Shown: positions 26,714 through 37,109, counted from the first letter of the stretch. The stretch: DNA of 64,000 nucleotides from Cloacibacterium rupense (GCF_014645495.1 NZ_BMLV01000001.1:291996-355995), one strand, 5' to 3'. Translations and numbers: made by a program. The notes: generated by a model not told the origin, from the letters alone.

Positions 26714-27964
26714 ATGAAAAAGATTACAACCAGCATTGCTGCTTTGGTTTTTTCGTTGGCTTTCTCCCAAAAAAATACAGATAGTTTATATGAAGTAAGA
26801 CCATTAAAGATTGATGAGATCAATTTTATTTCGGGGTACTATGATCAGACTGGTACGCATTCTGCAATAATGGGAGGTAACGGAAGCGAAAAAATAGAAG
26901 ATTTTCACAATGCTTTAGATATTAGATTAATTAAAAAATCAGGAAAATTAGAACATAGTTTTGGTGTAAACCTAACCGCAGAACATCATACTTCTGCTTC
27001 TACTGCTTACATAGACAAATCTCCTGAAGGTGCTACTACTATTCCTAATGGCATTAAAACCAAAAGAATTGCCCTATCAAAAGCTTCAGGTTCTAATAAT
27101 AATGAAACACATGCAGAAAGTTCTGCTTCTAATTTATTTGGATGGAGATTTAATCCTTCACTGAATTGGAAGGTTAAAAATCTAGAAAAAAACACCACAT
27201 TTGGTTTAGGTGCTTATTATTCATATGAATTTGATTATAATTCATGGGGTGGAGAGGTTTCTTTTGTAAAAGCCTCGCAAGATAATAACAGAGAATTTAG
27301 TATAAAGGCTATGGCTTTTTTTGATCAAAGGCAATACATTATTCCTTATGAATTGAGAAATACGATGAGCTATGGAGATTGGAGAAGCAAAAACTCTTAC
27401 AGTGTTAATATGGCTTATTCTCAGGTTATCAATCAAAGGTTGCAAATTTCATTGTTGGGTGATGTAGCTTATCAACAAGGTTTGCTCTCTACTCCTTATA
27501 ATAGAGTTTATTTTGACAATTATACTGTTTCTAACGAAAAATTACCAGATAAGAGACTTAAAATTCCTGTAGGATTAAGAGCTAATTATTTTTTAGGAGA
27601 CAATTTTATCTTTAGAACATACTATAGGTATTATTGGGATGATTGGGGAATGACCGCACATACTGCGAGTTTAGAAGTTCCTGTTAAGTTTTCCCCTAAC
27701 TTTAGTCTAAGTCCGTTTTTTAGATATCATACACAAACAGGAATCAAGTATTTCAATGAATATGCTACCACGCCTACTGGTCTAGATTTTTATTCATCAG
27801 ATTATGATTTGTCTAAATTTAACAGCCAAAATGTAGGATTAAATTTACATTTTGTACCTCAGGATTGGGGTGTTTTTCACGATGTAGATTTCAGATACAG
27901 TCATTATAAAAGGAGTGATGGTTTATCAGGAAATAACCTCACCTTAAGCCTTACATTCAAATAA
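26714..27964 (+). CDS. DUF3570-family predicted outer-membrane beta-barrel protein
   Basis: 416 aa with a signal peptide. It is rich in alternating aromatic/hydrophilic strands and ends with an aromatic-x-aromatic motif (LTLSLTFK). It occupies the conserved position after DUF4266 and ApbE. Confidence 0.6.
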   Translation: MKKITTSIAALVFSLAFSQKNTDSLYEVRPLKIDEINFISGYYDQTGTHSAIMGGNGSEKIEDFHNALDIRLIKKSGKLEHSFGVNLTAEHHTSASTAYIDKSPEGATTIPNGIKTKRIALSKASGSNNNETHAESSASNLFGWRFNPSLNWKVKNLEKNTTFGLGAYYSYEFDYNSWGGEVSFVKASQDNNREFSIKAMAFFDQRQYIIPYELRNTMSYGDWRSKNSYSVNMAYSQVINQRLQISLLGDVAYQQGLLSTPYNRVYFDNYTVSNEKLPDKRLKIPVGLRANYFLGDNFIFRTYYRYYWDDWGMTAHTASLEVPVKFSPNFSLSPFFRYHTQTGIKYFNEYATTPTGLDFYSSDYDLSKFNSQNVGLNLHFVPQDWGVFHDVDFRYSHYKRSDGLSGNNLTLSLTFK

Positions 27965-28123
27965 CAAAATGATACGCTTCAGAAATTCTGGAGCGTTTTT
28001 ATTATGGCAGCTTTTCCGCCCTCCGTTACCGCTTTTTTGTAAAATTGCCAATGCATTTTCCAAGCTATTTACAAAAAGAGCTCCACTCAGGTCGGGCTGC
28101 AATAGAACAAATCAAAAATGATA

Positions 28124-29314
28124 TTATTTGATAACTTTAAAATAAATAAAAGCACAAAGCAAAGAAAGTCCCGTACATACCAACCAAAGCGGAGGAAACC
28201 CAAAAGAATTGATAATCATTCCACCGATGTAACCTGCGAGAATTTGTCCGATACTCCAAGTCATCATATAGATAGAAGCGTATTTTCCTGTGTTGGTTTT
28301 TCCTGCAAATTTTAGGTAATAAGAATTCATAAATGGTAAAGAAAGAATTTCGCCAAAGGTAATGATGAGCATTCCACCAAAAGCAATGAGAAAAGCATTC
28401 ATCAGGTTCATTCCGCTATTCAAGAAATAGAACAAAACCATCAACAAAGTTCCAGTTACGATGATGATTTTTTTACTATACTTATGGTCAATAGCATTCA
28501 CCAAAACCATTTCTATCATAACAATCAAAAGTCCGTTTAATGACATTACAATTCCTATAATTTGTTCGTCAAGTTTCAAACCCACTTTATAAAACAAAGG
28601 TACGTTGGTAAACAATTGAAAGAAACAAAAAGTGTAGAGTAGCGTTCCTAATATAAAATAAATAAACGGTCGATTTTTGAGCGGAGAAACTTCTTCTTTG
28701 GCTTCTTCTGAATGATTTTTGTGAATTTCTGTAGTTTTAAATTTTAAATTAAGCATTATCAATCCCGCAAAAATACTGGTACAACCGTCAACATAAAACA
28801 GAAGTTTATAATCATAATGAGACAAAATTCCACCCAAAAAAGTACCAATGCTCCAACCAAGATTCATCGCTAATCTTAATAATGCAAATGAACGGGTTCT
28901 AATTTCTGGAGTAGAATTAGCCGCAATGGCTGCGGTATTGGCAGGACGGAAACTCTCATTTACAGCTGCCAAAAGAAAAATTACCACCAAAAAAAGATAA
29001 AAATTTTGCGCAAATGGTGCTAAAATAAAGAAAACTCCACCACCTATTAATGCCGAAACTTGTACAAAATGATAACCAAATTTATCACTCAATCTGCCAC
29101 CAAAATAAGCACCCAAAATAGAACCTAGACCATAAACTGCAATTGCCAAACCTGCTAGCTTAGGCGTTTGATGTAGATATTGTGTACAATATAAGGTAAG
29201 AAATGCAAGCACCATGGTTCCGCTTCGGTTGATGAGCATCACCAAAGAAAGCAACCAAATATTTTTGGGCAAACCTGCAAAAGCTTGTTGATATAATTTA
29301 ATTGGAGATTGCAT
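28124..29314 (-). CDS. MFS transporter
   Basis: 396 aa with about 12 hydrophobic helices. MFS-type motif GRLSDKFG between TM2 and TM3. Confidence 0.8.
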   Translation of the reverse strand: MQSPIKLYQQAFAGLPKNIWLLSLVMLINRSGTMVLAFLTLYCTQYLHQTPKLAGLAIAVYGLGSILGAYFGGRLSDKFGYHFVQVSALIGGGVFFILAPFAQNFYLFLVVIFLLAAVNESFRPANTAAIAANSTPEIRTRSFALLRLAMNLGWSIGTFLGGILSHYDYKLLFYVDGCTSIFAGLIMLNLKFKTTEIHKNHSEEAKEEVSPLKNRPFIYFILGTLLYTFCFFQLFTNVPLFYKVGLKLDEQIIGIVMSLNGLLIVMIEMVLVNAIDHKYSKKIIIVTGTLLMVLFYFLNSGMNLMNAFLIAFGGMLIITFGEILSLPFMNSYYLKFAGKTNTGKYASIYMMTWSIGQILAGYIGGMIINSFGFPPLWLVCTGLSLLCAFIYFKVIK

Positions 29315-29385
29315 TTTAAATAATTAATGAGTGTAAAACAAAAAGTGATGATAATGAATCTTTATTTCTAAACCTCAACCTTAAC

Positions 29386-29739
29386 CTAAAAAAAATATTT
29401 GCTGTAAACTAATATTCCAACAATAATAGAAAGTAAAGTAGATAAAATTACAGCTCCGGCAGCGATATCTTTTATCAAACCTATGTTTTTATTGAAATTA
29501 GGCTCTACAAAATCACAAATTTTTTCGATGGCTGTATTCAAAGTTTCGGCAATTAAAACCAAAAAACAAACCAAGAGAATAAGTGAAGCATCTGTAGAAT
29601 TTAATTTAAAATAAACGATTAAAAATAAATTAATAAGCAGGGCAAAAACCTCCAACTGAAAGTTTCTTTCAGATTTTAACATCCAAAAAACACCTTTGAT
29701 GGAGTAGAGCAAACTCTTATAAAATGGAGGTTTTTTCAC
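29386..29739 (-). CDS. Diacylglycerol kinase family protein (prokaryotic DagK)
   Basis: 117 aa, three TM helices. Conserved LIAETLNTAIEKICD and DIAAGAVIL motifs. Confidence 0.75.
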   Translation of the reverse strand: MKKPPFYKSLLYSIKGVFWMLKSERNFQLEVFALLINLFLIVYFKLNSTDASLILLVCFLVLIAETLNTAIEKICDFVEPNFNKNIGLIKDIAAGAVILSTLLSIIVGILVYSKYFF

Positions 29740-29809
29740 TTTATCTTTCTTTTAAAATTAACCTAATATAAATAATTTTGTCTTCCAACTTCTGACTTCT
29801 AAACTCACT

Positions 29810-31174
29810 TTACCAATTCTGGTCAACCATATAAATTAATTGTGTCATTACCGCAGCTCCTAGAAGCAATTCTCGTCTGTTTACTTTTTCGAAAGTATCT
29901 TCTGGGGTGTGATGGATGTCAAAATATCTCTGAGAATCTGTAGAAAAATTAGAAACAGGTACGTTCAGCTCTCTTAAAGGGGTAATGTCTGCACCACCAT
30001 AATTCCCTGTAAATTCATAAATTCCATAAGGATTAAAAAGTTTTTCCCAAGATTTCATAGATTGGGCTTTTTCGGCATTCATTCCTACAGAAAATCCTCT
30101 CGGCGTGAAGCCTCCACTGTCACTTTCTAAAGCAAAAAGATGGGGCTCGCCAGATTTTTTTACATTTTCTAAGTAAGTTCTACCTCCGCTTAAACCATTT
30201 TCTTCATTGGCAAAACATACCACTCTAATGGTATGATTGTTTTTGATATTCAAATTTTTAAAACTTCTGAGGACTTCTATACTTTGTACAATCCCAGCTC
30301 CATCGTCATGTGCACCTTCACCCACATCCCAAGAATCTAGATGGCCACCAACTACGATTACGCTGTTGTCTTTATTTCCTGTGATTTCTCCAATTACAGA
30401 ATGGGTAAGTTTTTGACCGTTCATGCCACAATTAGAGTTCAGAACAACTTCTACGAGTTGTCTTTTGAGCAATGCTTTTTCTAATTCCTCTGCTGTTTCA
30501 GCTCCAATGGCAACTGCAGGAATTTTAGCAATTCCGTCTTCATATTTAAGGCTTCCAGTGTGAGGAACATCATCAAAATTAGAAGTCAATGAACGGATAA
30601 TCACTGCTTTTCCTCCTTTTTTAGCCACTTCTGAAGCGGTAATTCTCCTATATTTGCCCGCATCACCATAAGCTTGACCAGTTACAATAAACTCTTGCTT
30701 GAAAGGATAATTAAAAAATACAATTTTATCTTTAATCACTTCAGCAGGAAGTTTCTGAAAATCTTCTATACTTTTTACCAAAATTAGATGACCTTTCAAG
30801 TCTTTTCCTTGGGTACCTTCGGAATTTCCTAAAGAAAGCATTTTGATATTTTGCCATTTTCCGTTTCCTATTTTCACTTGTAGAGATTCTTTACCACGCG
30901 TCCACACATTTACCATTACAGGTTGTAGCCAAACTTTATCTGCACCTGCATCTTTCAGTTTTTGCAACGCCCATTGGGTGGCTTTTTCATAATTGGCACT
31001 ACCTGAAAGTCTGTTTCCTATATTTTTGGTAAGTTCTCTTAGGTCTTCGTATCCTTTTCCTTTGGTTAGTATCTCGTCTGAAATTTTTCTAAATTGGGTA
31101 GAATCTTCTTTAAAATTTTGGGCATAAAAAAATCCGCCCAAAAAGAGCGGAAGTAAATACATTAGTTTCTTCAT
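29810..31174 (-). CDS. M28-family zinc aminopeptidase (secreted)
   Basis: The start was moved to MKKLMYLLPLFLGGFFYAQ. M28 metal-ligand motifs HLDSWDVGEGAHDDGAG and FANEENGLSG. Confidence 0.75.
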   Translation of the reverse strand: MKKLMYLLPLFLGGFFYAQNFKEDSTQFRKISDEILTKGKGYEDLRELTKNIGNRLSGSANYEKATQWALQKLKDAGADKVWLQPVMVNVWTRGKESLQVKIGNGKWQNIKMLSLGNSEGTQGKDLKGHLILVKSIEDFQKLPAEVIKDKIVFFNYPFKQEFIVTGQAYGDAGKYRRITASEVAKKGGKAVIIRSLTSNFDDVPHTGSLKYEDGIAKIPAVAIGAETAEELEKALLKRQLVEVVLNSNCGMNGQKLTHSVIGEITGNKDNSVIVVGGHLDSWDVGEGAHDDGAGIVQSIEVLRSFKNLNIKNNHTIRVVCFANEENGLSGGRTYLENVKKSGEPHLFALESDSGGFTPRGFSVGMNAEKAQSMKSWEKLFNPYGIYEFTGNYGGADITPLRELNVPVSNFSTDSQRYFDIHHTPEDTFEKVNRRELLLGAAVMTQLIYMVDQNW

Positions 31175-31264
31175 ATCAAATTTTCTTTTGGGAGTACTAA
31201 AATAGTTAAATTTTGAAACTTCTCCCAAAGAATTTTTAATGCAAGCTAAAATTTAAATAGATTC

Positions 31265-32509
31265 TTAATCCATATCATACATAAGGAGCGCAGTGACCAA
31301 TTTGGGCTCAATGTAAGTACACTTTGGAGGCATTTGAAGGTTTTGGCTGGTCAACTTAGTGATGTCATTAAAACCAACCGGATGTAATCCGAAACCAACT
31401 GAAAACTCTCCAGAATCTATTTTCTCTTTTAATTTTAAAATTCCCTCTACACTAGAACTACCTCTTAAAAAACTCAATCGCTCATTTTCTTCATTGTTGT
31501 TTTCTATTCCTAGAATAGGACTCAGAATATATTTGAATAACAATTGATGGTCTATGCTGTCTAGTCCCATATCTAGATTACGAAGCTCGTGTTTTACGTG
31601 CAGCGAATAAAATTTACCACCCATATACATAGAAATGTGATATTTCTGAGAAGGGTAGTATGGTCTATCATTCTTTTCGTGGATTAAGAAATTTTCTGAA
31701 ATCTTTGCTAAAAATTCTTCTTCCGATAACCCATTAAGGTCTTTCACCAGCCTGTTGTAATCATGAATTTTGATAGATTGATTAGAAACCAAATAACTCA
31801 AAACAAAATTGTATGGTTCATTGCCATTATGTCTTTTGTTTTTTTCTTTTAGTTTCTGAGCATATTTTGCAGAAGAATCTATTCTATGATTGCCATCAGC
31901 CAAATAAAATGTATCAATTTGATCTAGCACTTCTTTGAACTGCTGAAGTTTTAATCTGTTGTCAATTCTCCAGACTTTATGCCTGATTCCTCTTTCGTCA
32001 GTATAATTAATAATGGGAACATTTTTTTCTTCGTGATTCATTAGAAGTTCCACTTTCGGACTAGATTGGTAGGTAAGAAGTAGAGGTTCTGCATGTAGAT
32101 GAACTTTTTCTAAGTAATGAGTAAATTTCTCATATTTATTTTTAAGCGCAGTTTCGTGTCTTTTGATTTTACCATCTAAAAAATCATCAATACTTATCAA
32201 TCCTAATAGTCCTCTAAAAATGGTTTTATTAGGCATAATCTGCTCATAAAGATAATAACTGGATGAATCCTGAACCAATTTATTTTCAGCAAGCATTTCC
32301 TCGAAATTGGTTCTTACTTTGCGCAAATTTCTATCTACATCTTTTGATTTGCTACACAGATAGGGCTTTAACATTTGAATGTAAGACGAGTCTTCTGCAG
32401 CTTTTTTATTGATTTCATCCTGAGAAAAATTTTCTATAGGATGGGTAGGAAATTTATCAATAAAATCATTATGAGGTCTTACTCCTCGAAATGGTTTAAA
32501 TGTGGGCAT
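31265..32509 (-). CDS. DUF1015-family protein
   Basis: N-terminus MPTFKPFRGVRP matches the DUF1015 signature. It overlaps serA by 14 nt, giving the serC-serA-DUF1015 arrangement common in Flavobacteriia. Confidence 0.7.
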   Translation of the reverse strand: MPTFKPFRGVRPHNDFIDKFPTHPIENFSQDEINKKAAEDSSYIQMLKPYLCSKSKDVDRNLRKVRTNFEEMLAENKLVQDSSSYYLYEQIMPNKTIFRGLLGLISIDDFLDGKIKRHETALKNKYEKFTHYLEKVHLHAEPLLLTYQSSPKVELLMNHEEKNVPIINYTDERGIRHKVWRIDNRLKLQQFKEVLDQIDTFYLADGNHRIDSSAKYAQKLKEKNKRHNGNEPYNFVLSYLVSNQSIKIHDYNRLVKDLNGLSEEEFLAKISENFLIHEKNDRPYYPSQKYHISMYMGGKFYSLHVKHELRNLDMGLDSIDHQLLFKYILSPILGIENNNEENERLSFLRGSSSVEGILKLKEKIDSGEFSVGFGLHPVGFNDITKLTSQNLQMPPKCTYIEPKLVTALLMYDMD

Positions 32510-33461
32510 AATATTCTCTACTTATTTTTATAATTTGTTCGGCTAATTCTATACCTGTTTTTTCTAATGCGTCTATGGTTACAGAAGCTAAATTTGGGGA
32601 TAATGATAAAGAAGGATGCATCAGTACCTGTATATCTGGTTTGGGCTCATATTCGAAAACGTCTAATGCGGCACCAGCCAGTTTTTTGTTTTCTAAATAA
32701 TCTACTAATGTAACCTCATTTACAGCACCTTTGGCTAAGTTGACAAAGTAAGCCCCTTCTTTCATAATCTCAAATTCTTCAAAATCTATAAGGTACCCCG
32801 ATTTTTCGGTATTAATGACACTTATAAAGTCTGATTTTTCTAAAATTTCTTCAAATTTAACAGATTTTAACTCAAAAACAAGTTTTTGACCATCAAAAAA
32901 ATCCAAAGTTACTTTTTCTGTCTTTGAAATTTCATTATAAGTTAAGACATTCATCCCTAGTGAAATGCCTATTTTAATGACTTCTGCAGCATGATTTCCA
33001 CTACCAATTACGCCTAAAGTTTTACCGAAAAGTTCTGTAGAATTTTGATAAGATTTTTTTAACAAATTGAATTTGGTATCTCCTTCCAGAGGCATCATTC
33101 TGTTGGCATCATGTAAAAATCTAGCCAATGAAAAAAAATGAGCAAAAACCAATTCTGCTGCCGCTCTAGAATATGAATGTGGAGTAGAAATTACATATAG
33201 ACCTTTTTCTATTGCATAATCTACTGCTACATTATTCATGTCTATACCAGATTTTCCTATGATTTTTAAGTTTTTGCAAGAGTCTATCACTTCACCATCA
33301 ATAGAGGTAGCGTTCTTTACCAATAAAACGTCAACTTGATTTTCATTGATGAATCGGATAAGGTGTTCTTGTGAGACTCTATGCTCTAGAATTTCGTGAC
33401 CAGCTTCTTTTAAAAGCGTTTCGCCAGAGCTTGAAATTCCGTCATTTGCTAAAACTTTCAT
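32496..33461 (-). CDS. serA: D-3-phosphoglycerate dehydrogenase-like 2-hydroxyacid dehydrogenase
   Basis: NAD-binding GVIGSGNHAAEV. D-isomer-specific 2-hydroxyacid dehydrogenase pattern. Located next to serC. Confidence 0.75.
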   Translation of the reverse strand: MKVLANDGISSSGETLLKEAGHEILEHRVSQEHLIRFINENQVDVLLVKNATSIDGEVIDSCKNLKIIGKSGIDMNNVAVDYAIEKGLYVISTPHSYSRAAAELVFAHFFSLARFLHDANRMMPLEGDTKFNLLKKSYQNSTELFGKTLGVIGSGNHAAEVIKIGISLGMNVLTYNEISKTEKVTLDFFDGQKLVFELKSVKFEEILEKSDFISVINTEKSGYLIDFEEFEIMKEGAYFVNLAKGAVNEVTLVDYLENKKLAGAALDVFEYEPKPDIQVLMHPSLSLSPNLASVTIDALEKTGIELAEQIIKISREYYAHI

Positions 33462-33537
33462 AAAACTAAGAAAATTGGGTCTAGTAGTTGAGATTTGGTA
33501 TTAATTTTTCAATGAACACCAAATCTCAATAACTTAT

Positions 33538-34593
33538 TTACAGAGATTTCATTACATCTACCAAAACTTGTACGCTTTCTATAGGCATTGCATTATAAAT
33601 ACTTGCTCTATAACCGCCAAGGCTTCTGTGTCCATTTAATCCGCTTATTCCAGCAGCTTTCCAAGCAGCATCAAATGCTTCTTTTTTAGACTCGTCTGTT
33701 AGATAAAAAGAAACATTCATGGTACTTCTATCTTCTGGTACAGAAAAACATTCGAAAAGTGGATTGCTGTCTATTTCATCATAAAGCAATTTTGCTTTAG
33801 CATTATTTCTAGCTTCAGCTGCGCTTATTCCACCATTGTTTTCTATCCATTGTAAGGTTAATAATGAACAATAAACAGCAAATACTGGCGGAGTATTAAA
33901 CATAGAATCTTTAGAAATATGAAGAGAATAATCTAAATAAGAAGGGATATTTCTACCTGTTTTTCCTAAAATATCTTTTTTTACAACCACTAGAGTAGCA
34001 CCAGAAGGGCCCATATTTTTCTGTGCACCGGCATAGATAATTCCAAATTGTGAAAAATCTATTTCTCTAGAAAAAATATCAGAACTCATATCGCAAACAA
34101 TAGGAACTTCCGTTTTTGGGAAATCCTTCATCTGGGTTCCATAGATGGTATTGTTAGAAGTGCAGTGGAAAAAATCGTATTCAGTACCTACAGTGTAATC
34201 TTTTGGGATGAAAGAATATTTTTCTTCTTTAGAAGAGCCAACTACATCTACCGTACCGAATTTTTTTCCTTCTTTTATGGCGGCGGCTGCCCAACTTCCA
34301 GAATCTAAATACGCTGCTTTTCCGCCTTCTTTCATTAGATTGAACGGTGCCATTACAAACTGTAAACTTGCACCACCTTGTAAGAAAAGTACTTCGTAGT
34401 CATCTCCTAATTTCATCAGTTTCTTTACCAAAGCTCTGGCTTCTTCCATTACCGCAATAAATTCTTTGCTTCTATGCGAGATTTCTAGAATAGATAATCC
34501 CATTCCGTTAAAATCTAATACGGCCTGTGATGCCTTCTCAAAAACTTCTTGTGGTAAAATGCTTGGTCCAGCACTGAAATTGTGTTTCTTCAT
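33538..34593 (-). CDS. serC: Phosphoserine aminotransferase
   Basis: MKKHNFSAGPSILPQEVFEKA… is the typical SerC N-terminus, with a PLP-lysine region. Confidence 0.9.
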   Translation of the reverse strand: MKKHNFSAGPSILPQEVFEKASQAVLDFNGMGLSILEISHRSKEFIAVMEEARALVKKLMKLGDDYEVLFLQGGASLQFVMAPFNLMKEGGKAAYLDSGSWAAAAIKEGKKFGTVDVVGSSKEEKYSFIPKDYTVGTEYDFFHCTSNNTIYGTQMKDFPKTEVPIVCDMSSDIFSREIDFSQFGIIYAGAQKNMGPSGATLVVVKKDILGKTGRNIPSYLDYSLHISKDSMFNTPPVFAVYCSLLTLQWIENNGGISAAEARNNAKAKLLYDEIDSNPLFECFSVPEDRSTMNVSFYLTDESKKEAFDAAWKAAGISGLNGHRSLGGYRASIYNAMPIESVQVLVDVMKSL

Positions 34594-34624
34594 ATTTTCT
34601 AAATTCTATTTTTCTGATTTATCA

Positions 34625-34660
34625 TTAAAAAAACCCGCTCTTAGAACGGGGTTTTGGGGT
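34625..34660 (-). terminator. Terminator after the ferredoxin gene
   Basis: On the minus strand, the hairpin ccccgttctaagagcggg is followed by T7. Confidence 0.5.
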
Positions 34661-35011
34661 TTATTCGCCGTGTAAAAATGCCTTTTTACTTAGTAATTCC
34701 GTATCCGTTTCTACGTGGTCATCGTCTGGTACACAGCAATCTACTGGGCACACCGCAGCACACTGAGGCTCTTCATGAAAGCCTTTGCACTCTGTACATT
34801 TATCTGGAACAATGTAGTAAACATCATCACTCACAGGTTTTTGAGCTGCATTAGCATCTATCGTTAATCCAGATTTTAGGGTAACGGTTCCCTTTAAAGA
34901 GGTTCCTTCAGAAGCTTTCCAATCTACTGCTCCTTCATAGATTGCGTTATTTGGACATTCTGGTTCACAAGCACCGCAATTGATACATTCGTCTGTTATT
35001 ATAATAGCCAT
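34661..35011 (-). CDS. 4Fe-4S dicluster ferredoxin
   Basis: The start was moved to MAIIITDECINCGACEPECP. A second cluster motif is CTECKGFHEEPQCAAVCP. Confidence 0.8.
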   Translation of the reverse strand: MAIIITDECINCGACEPECPNNAIYEGAVDWKASEGTSLKGTVTLKSGLTIDANAAQKPVSDDVYYIVPDKCTECKGFHEEPQCAAVCPVDCCVPDDDHVETDTELLSKKAFLHGE

Positions 35012-35145
35012 TGCTACGTTTTTTTTAAATTTGCACAAAATTAGTAATTTTCAACTTACCGAGAAAAGATTTCGGTGGTAAAACTTATCTTTTTTTAGGT
35101 ATTTTTTATAAATTTTAATCAATCAATCAAAAAATAAAGCATCTA

Positions 35146-36183
35146 ATGAAGCAAGATTTTAAAATACAGGGGCTAAGCAAGTTGGGGAAATTTCTTCATC
35201 ATTTTTTAGAAAAACCTACCGAAGATTATTCTCAAGACGAAGCCGAACTCTTTGCTCTGATGAAGAGAAGTGAAGTAGAAAACCCTTGGTTCACACAAGA
35301 GAATCAAAGATTTTGCTTTAAAAACTGGGCGGATATTTTAAAAGAAGAAAATATAAAAAATTGGTTAGCTAATTACAAAATATCTCACCATTCCAAAAGA
35401 GTAGGACTCATTTTGGCAGGAAACATACCATTGGTTGGTTTTCACGACGTGATTTGTGTAATGCTTAGCAATCATATTCCAATAATCAAACTCTCGTCTA
35501 AAGACAAACTCATTTTACCTTTCTTACTCAATAAATGGGGAGAATTTTCTGAATGGAATTTAGAATATCAAATGGTAGAAAAATTGACAGAATTTGATGC
35601 GGTAATTGCCACTGGAAGCAATAATACGGCACGTTACTTAGAGTATTACTTTAAGGATTCTCTTTCTATAATCAGAAAAAACAGAACTTCTGTAGCGGTG
35701 ATAAAAGGTGATGAAACCAATGAAGAATTGCAACTATTAGCAGAAGATATTTTCAGGTATTTTGGCTTGGGTTGTAGAAATGTAACCCGACTTTTTATTC
35801 CGAAAGATTTTGAATTAAGCAGACTTTTTGAGAATTTTATTCACTTTAAAGATATTATTAATCACCACAAATATGCTAACAATTATGATTACAATAGAGC
35901 AATTTATCTTTTAAATAGAGAATTGTTTTGGGATAATAATTTTGTGATGTTAAAAGAAGATGAAGCCTTGTTTTCTCCGCTTTCAGTTTTGAATTTTAGC
36001 AGATACGAAAGTATAGAACAAGTGAAGTCTTTTCTTGATGAAAACGAAACCAATATTCAGTGTATCGTGGCGAAGGCAGAACTAGAAATCACAAATTCTA
36101 TTCATTTCGGAGAAGCGCAAAATCCTAGTCTAGACACTTACGCAGACAATGTAGATACCATGAAGTTTCTAGAAGTTATCTAA
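35146..36183 (+). CDS. Acyl-CoA reductase (LuxC-like) family protein
   Basis: 345 aa. Its pattern and its position next to the ferredoxin and serC correspond to the conserved Flavobacteriia acyl-CoA reductase gene. The assignment is by family resemblance only. Confidence 0.55.
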   Translation: MKQDFKIQGLSKLGKFLHHFLEKPTEDYSQDEAELFALMKRSEVENPWFTQENQRFCFKNWADILKEENIKNWLANYKISHHSKRVGLILAGNIPLVGFHDVICVMLSNHIPIIKLSSKDKLILPFLLNKWGEFSEWNLEYQMVEKLTEFDAVIATGSNNTARYLEYYFKDSLSIIRKNRTSVAVIKGDETNEELQLLAEDIFRYFGLGCRNVTRLFIPKDFELSRLFENFIHFKDIINHHKYANNYDYNRAIYLLNRELFWDNNFVMLKEDEALFSPLSVLNFSRYESIEQVKSFLDENETNIQCIVAKAELEITNSIHFGEAQNPSLDTYADNVDTMKFLEVI

Positions 36184-36198
36184 AATCAATCATTAATC

Positions 36199-37047
36199 AT
36201 GGAAATCACCATTCAAAATCAAAATGCAAAAGCGGTTATCAAAACCAAAGGCGCAGAGCTAAGTTCACTTCAAAAAGAAGGTAAAAATTATATCTGGGAA
36301 GTAAATTCCGAATTTTGGAATAAAACTTCACCCATACTTTTTCCGATAGTTGGGGCTTTGAAAAATGGAGAATATCAATTTGAAGATAAGTTGTATCAGC
36401 TTCCTCGACATGGTTTTGCTAGAGATTTTGAGTTTGAAGTCGCAGAAAAATCAGAAAATTCTGTGGTGTTTTCTTTGAAAAGTTCAGAAGAAACTAATAA
36501 GGTTTATCCGTTTGATTTTGAATTGAAAATTTCTTATGTATTAGAAAACAATACATTGATAGTGAAGTATGAGGTCATCAATCATTCTTCAGAGAAAATG
36601 TATTATTCTATAGGTGCGCATCCTGCATTTGCAATAGATGGCAATTTCGAGGAATATTCTTTGATTTTTGATGAAGAAAAAGATTTGGAAACTTATCAAT
36701 TGAGTCAAGATTTATTTTCTGGTAAAACCGAAATCGTTAAACTTGAAGGAAATAGTTTGTCTTTACAATATCATCTTTTTGAGAATGATGCCTTGGTTTT
36801 TAAGAATTTTGCCACAAAATCTTTAACCTTAGCAAAAAATAACAAACCTGTTATGAAAGTGGAGTTTCCAGAATTTCCGTATTTAGGAATTTGGACCAAA
36901 AAAGATGCGCCTTTTATTTGCATAGAACCTTGGTTGGGCATTGCAGATAATGCATCCACATCAGGAAATTTAACCGAAAAAGAGGGAATTCAAATGCTAG
37001 AACCCAATACAGCAAAATCTGTGTCTTGGTCTGTAGAATTGTTTTAA
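36199..37047 (+). CDS. Aldose 1-epimerase family protein
   Basis: 282 aa. Mutarotase-like motifs FPIVGALKNGEY…LPRHGFARD, and the catalytic-region HPAF. Confidence 0.7.
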   Translation: MEITIQNQNAKAVIKTKGAELSSLQKEGKNYIWEVNSEFWNKTSPILFPIVGALKNGEYQFEDKLYQLPRHGFARDFEFEVAEKSENSVVFSLKSSEETNKVYPFDFELKISYVLENNTLIVKYEVINHSSEKMYYSIGAHPAFAIDGNFEEYSLIFDEEKDLETYQLSQDLFSGKTEIVKLEGNSLSLQYHLFENDALVFKNFATKSLTLAKNNKPVMKVEFPEFPYLGIWTKKDAPFICIEPWLGIADNASTSGNLTEKEGIQMLEPNTAKSVSWSVELF

Positions 37048-37109
37048 AATTTTGCCAATCTCAAAAAAAGATTTAATTTTAGCTTTTTAATCAATAAAAA
37101 CAAAAATCT

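Noticed and set aside
28118-28315. Plus-strand K/R-rich 65-aa ORF
   Set aside because: It lies entirely within the MFS transporter gene on the opposite strand. It is a compositional artefact.
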